From a virus, in the IMG/VR virus record IMGVR_UViG_3300008117_000088, positions 1 through 64,000 of that record: a stretch of DNA of 64,000 bases; one strand, given 5' to 3'. This document shows positions 8,125 to 15,645 of this stretch, piece after piece. The translations under genes and the position numbers were made by a program. The notes below the pieces were generated by a model that saw only the letters and a program-made list of their open reading frames with translations, had not been told where the DNA came from and ran no database searches. How positions within the stretch are numbered: the first letter of the stretch is position 1; every line of letters starts with the position of its first letter.

Positions 8125-8170
8125 TAGAGTTGCTCCCCTAGGTACTACCCTTCCACCTAGGGTCGAGCAC

Positions 8171-8214
8171 GGAGAAGCCGCGTTGTTTCAGGTCAGCGCG
8201 GCTTTCTTCTTTTT
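8171..8214 (+). terminator. intrinsic terminator
   Basis: GAAGCCGCGTTG...CAGCGCGGCTTTC plus T-run. Confidence 0.75.
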
Positions 8215-8245
8215 AAAAGGGAAATGCCTACTCCCAAAAGCCAAA

Positions 8246-8331
8246 TGTTTGTGTTGACCCTCCCACCCCTCATCCCTTCGGGATAGGGTGCGGCCGAAAA
8301 GTCAAGTAGCTTTGCTGTGATATTGCTCACA
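8246..8331 (+). promoter_or_regulatory. module 8, left half
   Basis: TGTTTGTGTTG 8246; CCCTCCCACCCC 8258; perfect TGTGA-N6-TCACA 8316. Confidence 0.7.
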
Positions 8332-8334
8332 CAG

Positions 8335-8485
8335 TGAGAGAGAGGCTCGGCCAGGCCGCCTATTCCAGTTAGTTTCACGTGAAACAAGCGATCTTCGAAG
8401 AAGAGAGCATGAATAAGAGAGATAGCTATTGGCAGAGAGAGCAGAGAGAGAAGAGAGAAGCCAAAAAGAGAGATAAGAGAGATAG
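8335..8485. repeat. GA-rich low-complexity tract
   Basis: Repeated GAGAGA/AAGAGAG; partial complement CTCTCTCTCTGC near 8666. Confidence 0.6.
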
Positions 8486-8711
8486 CCGACATTAAATGTC
8501 GACAAATCGACTAGTCGATTAGGCTACTGCATTGACCGGTCATGGCCTCCCCGGCTGTGCAGCCAGCTTTACAGCCTCGATCGGCTGAAACTATCCGATA
8601 TCACTGCAAGCTAATTGCTACCCAATGGCTGGCAGGGCAAAGAGATGTCAGTCCCTCTCTATATCCTCTCTCTCTGCATGTATAAGCCAATCTATTTGGG
8701 GCCGATTTTTC

Positions 8712-8766
8712 TGTGAGTCAAGTCACAGCAAACCTACTACCCCTAAGACGGCATATACGTAATGAT
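8712..8766 (+). promoter_or_regulatory. module 8, right half (promoter)
   Basis: Perfect TGTGA-N6-TCACA 8712; GCAAACCTAC; TACCCC 8738-17-AATGAT. Confidence 0.7.
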
Positions 8767-8803
8767 TAGAAAGTAAGGGCAAGAACTCAACGAAAGGTAT
8801 CAA

Positions 8804-9076
8804 ATGAGTCTCAAATGGGAACTCGATTATCACCAAGGTAAGTACAACGAAGCCAAGGCTAAGGAAAACGAAGCGTTCCACGCAATCCTCAAGATCATCA
8901 CTGATTTAGGCGGAAAGCGTGAGCACGTAGACAAGGCGATCGGTCTATGGGTAGATGGCACTTTGGCATCCAACGATATGGGATGGCACAGAGCATTTAG
9001 GTCTGAGGCTGAGGACAAGATTCAAGAACTTCGCAAGTTAGTCGATATGGATGAAGACGCGGAGTTGTTGAAATGA
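8804..9076 (+). CDS. hypothetical protein
   Basis: SD GAAAGG; ORF track. Confidence 0.7.
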   Translation: MSLKWELDYHQGKYNEAKAKENEAFHAILKIITDLGGKREHVDKAIGLWVDGTLASNDMGWHRAFRSEAEDKIQELRKLVDMDEDAELLK

Positions 9077-9180
9077 CGGGCAGACAAGTAGTCTGTCCTA
9101 CCTGCGGTAAAGAATTGGAGGTGAGGTCGGGCATCTTTGCCCACCAAACCCTCGCCCGCCATATGAAGGAGCATGAATGA
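9073..9180 (+). CDS. 35-aa C2H2-type zinc-finger micro-protein
   Basis: MTGRQVVCPTCGKELEVRSGIFAHQTLARHMKEHE; ATGA overlaps at both ends. Confidence 0.7.
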   Translation: MTGRQVVCPTCGKELEVRSGIFAHQTLARHMKEHE

Positions 9181-9431
9181 GCACTGATGATATATCTGTA
9201 GGCGATGCAATTATTGTAAAGGCGCTGTTGAACGGCACCTTTACTGATCCCGATGGAAACAAAGCAACATTAACTGTTAAGGGTTTTGTTGGTGCAAATA
9301 TCATTGCAGCTCGTGTGGCGTTGCTCACGCAACCACGCCCACTATCTGAAAGTGATATCACTGAGATTGTTAAGTTTCTCAAGGATGCAGAGACTGCATT
9401 GAACATGCTTGAGGACAAGGAACAAGAATGA
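9177..9431 (+). CDS. hypothetical protein
   Basis: SD AAGGAG; ATGA overlaps. Confidence 0.7.
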   Translation: MSTDDISVGDAIIVKALLNGTFTDPDGNKATLTVKGFVGANIIAARVALLTQPRPLSESDITEIVKFLKDAETALNMLEDKEQE

Positions 9432-10063
9432 AAGCGGTGTCGTTATTCGCCGGGGTCGGAGGTTTCGATCTTGCATTAGAACGTGCGGGTGTACCTGTTG
9501 TTGCATCTGTAGAGATTGATAAGCATGCACGTGGTGTACTGCAACAACAATTTCCTAACACAACATTATTGGAGGATGTAAAAAATGTCACAGGCGATCA
9601 ACTTAGAGAACTCGGATTCGAAGGTTCTGACGGAATTATTGTCGGAGGCTTCCCGTGTCAAGACCTCAGCGTTGCTGGTAAGCGAGCAGGTCTTGCTGGA
9701 GGTAGAAGCGGACTCTTCTGGGAAATCTGTCGCATCCTCGACGAAACGAAAACGAAATGGTTCGTCCTCGAAAACGTCCCCGGTCTTTTGTCATCTAACG
9801 AAGGACGAGATATGGGAACCGTCATCCAAGCGTTGGTTGAGCGCGGGTATGGGGTCGCATACAGGATTCTTGACGCTCAATACTTTGGAGTCGCCCAAAG
9901 AAGACGTCGTATCTTCATTGTCGGATGTCTTGGAGACAACGGGCGAGCACCTGCAGAAGTACTTGCTCTCATCGAAGGCATGCGAGGGTATTCTGAGGCG
10001 ATCAACCAAAAAGGGAAAACAACTTCCTCCCTTGCTTCACTCAGCTTTGGAGAACATGACTAA
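9428..10063 (+). CDS. DNA (cytosine-5) methyltransferase, N-terminal catalytic part (motifs I-VIII)
   Basis: FAGVGG (I), GGFPCQD (IV), ENV (VI), QRRRRIF (VIII). Confidence 0.92.
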   Translation: MKAVSLFAGVGGFDLALERAGVPVVASVEIDKHARGVLQQQFPNTTLLEDVKNVTGDQLRELGFEGSDGIIVGGFPCQDLSVAGKRAGLAGGRSGLFWEICRILDETKTKWFVLENVPGLLSSNEGRDMGTVIQALVERGYGVAYRILDAQYFGVAQRRRRIFIVGCLGDNGRAPAEVLALIEGMRGYSEAINQKGKTTSSLASLSFGEHD

Positions 10064-10082
10064 TGTGGTTCATAAAGAGTAG
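9585..10082 (+). CDS. overprinted MTase beta-like subunit in alternative frame
   Basis: SSLSDVLE...KYLLSSKACEGILRRSTKKGKQLPPLLHSAL, recalled pattern of M.EcoHK31I-beta-like polypeptides; true start uncertain. Confidence 0.6.
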   Translation: MSQAINLENSDSKVLTELLSEASRVKTSALLVSEQVLLEVEADSSGKSVASSTKRKRNGSSSKTSPVFCHLTKDEIWEPSSKRWLSAGMGSHTGFLTLNTLESPKEDVVSSLSDVLETTGEHLQKYLLSSKACEGILRRSTKKGKQLPPLLHSALENMTNVVHKE

Positions 10083-10602
10083 GCGTGCAAAGGACGTGGA
10101 AGATTATGAAACTTGGGTTGATGCGGAGGTTACTCCTACATTGAACGCATTCGATAACAATGGCGATACACGATCAACGGTGCTTATCTTCTACACTGGT
10201 ACCTTTGGTGAAGTACGAGTACAGGGAGATGTGATTAATACGTTGCCGGCAAAGATGGGAACGGGTGGTAATAACACTCCTATGATGGCATTCCCTATCC
10301 AGGGAACAATCATCGGTCGCAGTGATACTGCTGGACCACAAGGCAAAGGATTTGGTGATTCTACTGATCCTATGTACACAATAGATACCGTTGGTGGTAA
10401 TGCGGTTGCAACTCCTGCAATGGTGCGACGTTTAACTCCGTTAGAATGTGAGCGCCTACAAGGGTTTCCCGATAACTGGACTGCATCACAGTCTGATTCA
10501 CAACGATATAAACAAATGGGCAATGCGGTAGCAGTACCGGTTGTTCAATGGATAATAGATAGGTTGGTTGACGTTGAAACAAGATTTAATGCAAATGCTT
10601 AA
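10063..10602 (+). CDS. cytosine MTase C-terminal part (TRD repeats plus motifs IX-X)
   Basis: RRLTPLECERLQGFP and YKQMGNAV; TAATG coupling. Confidence 0.88.
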   Translation: MWFIKSRRAKDVEDYETWVDAEVTPTLNAFDNNGDTRSTVLIFYTGTFGEVRVQGDVINTLPAKMGTGGNNTPMMAFPIQGTIIGRSDTAGPQGKGFGDSTDPMYTIDTVGGNAVATPAMVRRLTPLECERLQGFPDNWTASQSDSQRYKQMGNAVAVPVVQWIIDRLVDVETRFNANA

Positions 10603-10771
10603 GTCTCAAGTAAAAGACATGTATGGAAAGCACGGCTTAAAAGCTGTGGATGAGTATTTAGATCAAAACTACAAGTTAATACCTTGGGAGCAATGCTACG
10701 AGTGCGACAAGATTACGCCCCGTGATCCACGCACACTAAAGTGTTTCTTTGAGGAGGATCATGAGTTCTAA
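10595..10771 (+). CDS. small Cys-containing hypothetical protein
   Basis: ORF track, start trimmed. Confidence 0.55.
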   Translation: MLKSQVKDMYGKHGLKAVDEYLDQNYKLIPWEQCYECDKITPRDPRTLKCFFEEDHEF

Positions 10772-11174
10772 ATGGGACTATGCTTTTTACGATCGTAACT
10801 CACAGCCTTGCACTTTAAAGGAATGGAGCGAAGAATTCGGTAGTCCATATGCATTCAAGAAGGATGTGTTTGTAAAAGATTATCGAGTATTAACCAAGTG
10901 GACCGGAGTTGATATGCCGGAATACGATTGGTTGCAAAAGAATCAATTCAGTTCTAAGAACTGGAAACCAAACTCTAAGCCATCACCGTTTGTTTCATAC
11001 GTATGGAATGCTGACGGGGAAATCGTAGAGTCAAAGCGTTATCAAACTATTGAACGTGCATACAAAGGTCATGCTGAATTAGTTCAGCGCTTTGCTAAGG
11101 AAGACCTTGGTGTGTATCATGTGCCTGTAGTCCTACAAGATATGGAGGAAACAAATGGCGAAGAAAAAGATTAA
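10761..11174 (+). CDS. hypothetical protein
   Basis: SD GAGGAGG before ATG 10761. Confidence 0.7.
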   Translation: MSSKWDYAFYDRNSQPCTLKEWSEEFGSPYAFKKDVFVKDYRVLTKWTGVDMPEYDWLQKNQFSSKNWKPNSKPSPFVSYVWNADGEIVESKRYQTIERAYKGHAELVQRFAKEDLGVYHVPVVLQDMEETNGEEKD

Positions 11175-11463
11175 AGTCTTTAAAGTTTCGCTTACAAACA
11201 ACTTTGAAAAAGGTGGCGGTTGGCTGTGCCACGTTCGTTGTTATGATGAACGTGATCAGTACGAAGCATCTTTTACAGATGTAATTGGTCAGTCAGACTA
11301 TTCTGCTTGGAAAAACCCTTCAGCAGCTAAGCGTCACGCTAAAGCTATGGCTCAGAAATGGACCACCAAGAAAAGCGTAAAGATGATTGCTGGTACAACT
11401 ACCGATTCAAAGGGCAAGCCTGCAACATTTCATGGCGAGTTTACTTTTAAAGTCGACGCCTAA
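11155..11463 (+). CDS. hypothetical protein
   Basis: SD GGAGG; ORF track. Confidence 0.7.
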   Translation: MAKKKIKVFKVSLTNNFEKGGGWLCHVRCYDERDQYEASFTDVIGQSDYSAWKNPSAAKRHAKAMAQKWTTKKSVKMIAGTTTDSKGKPATFHGEFTFKVDA

Positions 11464-11472
11464 ATAGAATAA

Positions 11473-11520
11473 CCCCCAGCATTAAGCATCGGCTGTGACC
11501 GACATGCTGGGGGCTTTTCT
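11473..11520. terminator. terminator at convergence of plus and minus transcription
   Basis: CCCCCAGCAT...ATGCTGGGGG stem followed by T-rich run. Confidence 0.75.
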
Positions 11521-11781
11521 TTAGTACGACAATATTTCTGGCAGTACTTCTTTACCTATAATTCTGTGCTTTCTTCTGTACTCATCTCTTTGATCTGTCG
11601 TAGTGCCCGCCCATATTCCTTGAACTTTATTCTCTATTGCGTATTTAAAACATTCATCTTGAACTGGGCAGTTTTTACATATTCTCTTCACATGACCCAA
11701 CTGTTGATAATGCATTCCTTCATCAGGAAAGAACAATTCAGTGTCAAGTCCTAAACATGAAGGGGTGCCACTAAAGCGCAT
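11521..11781 (-). CDS. whiB: WhiB-family transcription factor
   Basis: C...ELFFP...CKNCPVQDEC...GIWAG motif. Confidence 0.9.
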   Translation of the reverse strand: MRFSGTPSCLGLDTELFFPDEGMHYQQLGHVKRICKNCPVQDECFKYAIENKVQGIWAGTTTDQRDEYRRKHRIIGKEVLPEILSY

Positions 11782-12019
11782 TACTCTCCGGTTTCACTGT
11801 TCTTAATGAAGCAATTTTATCTGGTCTAAATCCAGACCAATGATTGTTATTGCTGACCACAACCGGAGTGTATTTATACCCCATAGAAACTACTAGATCA
11901 TAAGCATCTTTGTTTTCAGTTATGTCAACAGTATTAAATTCAATACCGTATTTGTTTAAATACTTTTTAGTTGCATCGCATTGTGGGCAATCTGGTTTTG
12001 TATATACCGTAGTGCTCAT
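11771..12019 (-). CDS. nrdH: NrdH-like glutaredoxin
   Basis: VYTKPDCPQC and WSGFRPDKI. Confidence 0.92.
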   Translation of the reverse strand: MSTTVYTKPDCPQCDATKKYLNKYGIEFNTVDITENKDAYDLVVSMGYKYTPVVVSNNNHWSGFRPDKIASLRTVKPESNAL

Positions 12020-14049
12020 TGATTCTCCTTAATTAATTTGATCTCACATGCATCAGTTGTGCAGTATGCCTCACCAATCGCATCGGCTGCAAGTCCTGCG
12101 TATACTCCGCTGAAATCTATGGGGAATAATTTCATCGTTGCATCTTCATATTCTTTTTCAGTAATCTGGGTGTACGGCATCTGCGGATAGGTCTCGTTCC
12201 CCATCGGTAAGAAGGAAACGGTTTTGAGCTGTCCGTCGAACATGTGAAGCGCTGTACCTACAGCTGACTTCTCCGTATCTTTGTTAAAGGATACTGTCAC
12301 TGAAACAGAATTGTCGGACCAATAGTATTGAGCGGTCGAAGCAAGGTGCATCTTTTCATAAATTGATACGTCTTTCTCCGAGCGTTTAGCATTAGATTTA
12401 ATAGGGAAGAACACCACAGAGGTTGTCTTTGGTGATTCTGATGCCTTCTCTACCCGATAGTTAGCCATCTTAAATAACGGCAACATCGGATCTTCATTGC
12501 TAAATCTAATAGCGCGGAGGAAGTATTCACCTCCTGGTGTCCAGTGAACTCCTGGTGATTCACCTGCAAGTATTGAAACTGTTCCTGATGGCTTAACTGT
12601 TGTCATCTTGATTGACTCACGGGTACATAGCCACTCTGAATATGTAACGTCGTATTGCTTTACGACTTCATATCCTGCATCCATCCATTCACGTAATGCC
12701 GGCATGCCTTTGGTATCTGCAAAGTTAGCTACGCCTGAAATAGATGTTCCAATACGGCGATTGCGTTGCATGATTGCATTGGTTTCTTCCCAGTGGGTAG
12801 GCAACAGGGTTACAGTCTTGGCATATAAATACGCAAACTTAAGTGTGCGCTTGAAATCTTCAAGGCTGTCATGACGATTTAAATAAGTTTCTACAAGTGT
12901 GCACATTTCATATGACTCAAGGCTCTGTTCAGCACATGGGTTATACCCAGCTACACGCCAGTCTTTGTTATTAACACCATCTTTGATACGCCCATACTTA
13001 CGGCTCATGTCCATCCATACAACACCTGGCTCACCGTTTAACGCAATACCATCTACGATCTTGTTTAAGTCCATACCAACGGTTGCGTCAATGGAGTTAT
13101 TGCTCATCCATGCCCAGCCTGGATTCTTAGGATCATAGGAGTTGCGCTCCGGAAATACTTCAGCGTTCTTTAGGTTAAGGAAGTTCTCGTCATCCGCTCT
13201 ACCAATTAAAAGCTCAGCAGAACGACGTACGTTGCCGCTTACAACACAAACCCCGATTAGGTTTCCAAGATCGGCTATATCAGTGCGAGTTAACTTCTCT
13301 CCAGCCCTACCCGTAAACAGTTTACGAATATGGTTGTGAAGTTTTTCTAACGGCTCGTGCCCGGCCGCTGTTCCCCCAAAAGTTTTGATTGGCGTACCTG
13401 CTGGGCGGACCTCTTTGTAATCAAATAGTGGAGCCTTCTGATCTGGTCGGAGGTAGGAATTGATGAGGAGTGTGACGGAATCAACCCATCCTTCTCTGGT
13501 GTCTGGGACGACATGAGTGTCTCCTTCCTGTGGTTCGTAGATTTGGAATTCTTTGTCTGCGCCTTTATCGTCAAAACCAACTCCAACGCCAAGCATCGAT
13601 GCTTCCATTAGAAATGCGAATGGTCTTGCGGGGTCTATTTTAGTCATTGATGTGGTTGAAACGAATGCACAGTTCTGCAAAGCTGCAGAGTTTTTTTGCT
13701 CGTTTACCAGTGGGGTTCCCATAACCCACAACCCACGTCCGGGTGGAGTCCACTTCAAATGAAACAGGCGATCAAAGGCTTCTTTGGCTGATGCCTGAGC
13801 TCGTGCATCATTCCATGGGAGTCGGTTGGATTTGCAGTGGTCTTTTTGTAATGAATACATGCCATTGATTACTCGCTCACAAACGTCTACCCAAGTTTCC
13901 TTTGTCCCGTCCTCTTTGAGTCTTGAGTAAGTTCGTAGGAATGTGATCTCTCCTACTGAGTTTCCGGCTGCATCTTTATAGCCCCAAGGGACCTGCTTCT
14001 CCTTGTAGGTGGACACGAACTCGTCCGCTAGTCGAAAACTTAATGACAT
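12016..14049 (-). CDS. nrdJ: class II (adenosylcobalamin) ribonucleotide reductase
   Basis: PPGRGLW, NCAF, GNVRRSA, NPCAEQ, TTVKPSGT, C-terminal CTTDAC. Confidence 0.93.
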   Translation of the reverse strand: MSLSFRLADEFVSTYKEKQVPWGYKDAAGNSVGEITFLRTYSRLKEDGTKETWVDVCERVINGMYSLQKDHCKSNRLPWNDARAQASAKEAFDRLFHLKWTPPGRGLWVMGTPLVNEQKNSAALQNCAFVSTTSMTKIDPARPFAFLMEASMLGVGVGFDDKGADKEFQIYEPQEGDTHVVPDTREGWVDSVTLLINSYLRPDQKAPLFDYKEVRPAGTPIKTFGGTAAGHEPLEKLHNHIRKLFTGRAGEKLTRTDIADLGNLIGVCVVSGNVRRSAELLIGRADDENFLNLKNAEVFPERNSYDPKNPGWAWMSNNSIDATVGMDLNKIVDGIALNGEPGVVWMDMSRKYGRIKDGVNNKDWRVAGYNPCAEQSLESYEMCTLVETYLNRHDSLEDFKRTLKFAYLYAKTVTLLPTHWEETNAIMQRNRRIGTSISGVANFADTKGMPALREWMDAGYEVVKQYDVTYSEWLCTRESIKMTTVKPSGTVSILAGESPGVHWTPGGEYFLRAIRFSNEDPMLPLFKMANYRVEKASESPKTTSVVFFPIKSNAKRSEKDVSIYEKMHLASTAQYYWSDNSVSVTVSFNKDTEKSAVGTALHMFDGQLKTVSFLPMGNETYPQMPYTQITEKEYEDATMKLFPIDFSGVYAGLAADAIGEAYCTTDACEIKLIKENQ

Positions 14050-14178
14050 ATATAAATCCTTTCCCCTAATGGTGAACTTGTTATTCTACTTATCGACCTG
14101 CCTTAGTTCAGCAAGTCTTCGAAACCGTTTTATGCTTGTATCGTTTCATGCTCTAGAAATAGAACATATACGATATGT

Positions 14179-15645
14179 TTACTCTTCGATTGCGCCCTTA
14201 ATTATCTGAGTTGTCTGGTCCTCATTGAGTCCTTCATTAGGTAACTCTTTAAGAACTTGAGCCTTCTCCCCAAAAATTTGGGATAGAACTCCGGCAGATC
14301 CTTGGCGCTCTACAGTCATCCGAATGAACTCTCTTGAGTCATCCAATTCCTTAGTTGTTTTGATAAGTTTGAATAACCTATCGATCTCTTGCGATACATT
14401 GGGGTCAGCGTATCCGCCGTTCATTTCCTCTGCAAATCGCATAAAAGCTACCCTTTGACCCTGCATTTCAATGATTGCATTGATCAAACTCTTAAGTTGT
14501 TCTTTAGTCTTAACCTCTACTGGAAGCTTAAAGGCGCAGGTATTTTGAGGTTTAAATGCTGGACAATTTGATGCTACAAAGCATGTATCGCACTGTCGCA
14601 AACTACTATCTCTGGTTTGCATAACTGGTACATCTTTAAGTACATCGTTACCTGAATCATCCTTCTCAATAATGGTCTTAACACCAAAACCAAACACTGG
14701 AAGATTGGTCATTTCCTCTGGATTTCGCGGTTCAAGTTTCCGCATCTCAACCCCTGACCTATCCGATATTGCGGGTAGGTTTTCCGCAAAGTCTTCACCA
14801 GCTGGATCCTCGAAACTATCGTATATGTTCGGATCTTTGGTCATACTCAACCTCGTTTCTAGTTGGTCAAACGACCAAACCGCTAACTTGCATAGTTCTT
14901 CAGAATCATCCGCTACGATCTTTTCGAAGCTTAAATTCGCCTTTTCATAAATTGCTTTATGACGAGGCCTGGCCTGTTCTTTCATGCTTTTTGGATACCG
15001 GACCAATCTTGTACCGTCCCAAACAATGGTCTCACCTCTAGTCATAGGTGACAGCCAAGACATGGTGCTGGCGGTCTCTACGGGCACCTGACGCAGGTTA
15101 TCTGGTCGAATGGTCCCCATTGCATGGAGTCTGGTCTCGTGCTTGTTCTTAAGCCCTCTGGCGGTCCTAGAAAGCCATACAGACTCGTCTATGGCTTCGC
15201 CTGGTATGGATATATCCAAATACCGTTCTGCCAGTTCCTCAAGCCCAGACTGCCCGCTTTCGGTCCTCCAGACCGGCAAGAACTTGGCTGGTGGAACCTC
15301 GCCCCAGACGGTATCTCGTTGATCTCGTATAAAGTCAGGTCCAACTTGATGGTGCGCTATCTCTGTGAAGTAGGTAATTCGGTCTATGTTGTTCATTATG
15401 AACTCTTCATAGTCTGCCGCAAACTCTTCAAGGGCTACTCGTTCTAACTCTTGAGTCTTTGGTATGCCGGGGTGAACCAGAATTGCCATATCCTCAGGAA
15501 AATAGTTAGCTAACAGGTATGTTTTAGTTTTAGGCAATCCGCGTTTGCTGGCTCTCCAATAGCTAAACCCAACTGCCGTAGCTCCGGCTGATCCAAGCAG
15601 TAGCCGATTACTAGGGACCTCAGCCCCTAGGTAAAAAAGTCTCAT
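14179..15645 (-). CDS. TGT/DpdA-like TIM-barrel protein with C-terminal Cys4 and helical domain (apparently degenerate)
   Basis: RLHAMG...VPVETASTMSWL...RGET resembles the HxxG...SxDSSSW region of TGT-like folds; CDTC..NC...C. Confidence 0.45.
   Translation of the reverse strand: MRLFYLGAEVPSNRLLLGSAGATAVGFSYWRASKRGLPKTKTYLLANYFPEDMAILVHPGIPKTQELERVALEEFAADYEEFIMNNIDRITYFTEIAHHQVGPDFIRDQRDTVWGEVPPAKFLPVWRTESGQSGLEELAERYLDISIPGEAIDESVWLSRTARGLKNKHETRLHAMGTIRPDNLRQVPVETASTMSWLSPMTRGETIVWDGTRLVRYPKSMKEQARPRHKAIYEKANLSFEKIVADDSEELCKLAVWSFDQLETRLSMTKDPNIYDSFEDPAGEDFAENLPAISDRSGVEMRKLEPRNPEEMTNLPVFGFGVKTIIEKDDSGNDVLKDVPVMQTRDSSLRQCDTCFVASNCPAFKPQNTCAFKLPVEVKTKEQLKSLINAIIEMQGQRVAFMRFAEEMNGGYADPNVSQEIDRLFKLIKTTKELDDSREFIRMTVERQGSAGVLSQIFGEKAQVLKELPNEGLNEDQTTQIIKGAIEE

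Noticed and set aside
2649-8270. Repeats as a CRISPR array
   Set aside because: Repeats are degenerate, multi-part and 0.6-1.2 kb apart with whole genes between them. The Cas4-like gene sits in the recombination block and no other cas genes are seen.
2589-8270. Integron attC cassette array
   Set aside because: No integrase in the window and no clear RYYYAAC...GTTRRRY pairing; cassettes carry their own promoters.
8193-8505. Two minus-strand ORFs (S/L-rich)
   Set aside because: By-products of the GA-rich tract; antisense to the island and spanning regulatory motifs.
14050-14178. Cobalamin riboswitch or NrdR box upstream of nrdJ
   Set aside because: Region is short and lacks recognisable consensus; only a small AT-rich palindrome is present.
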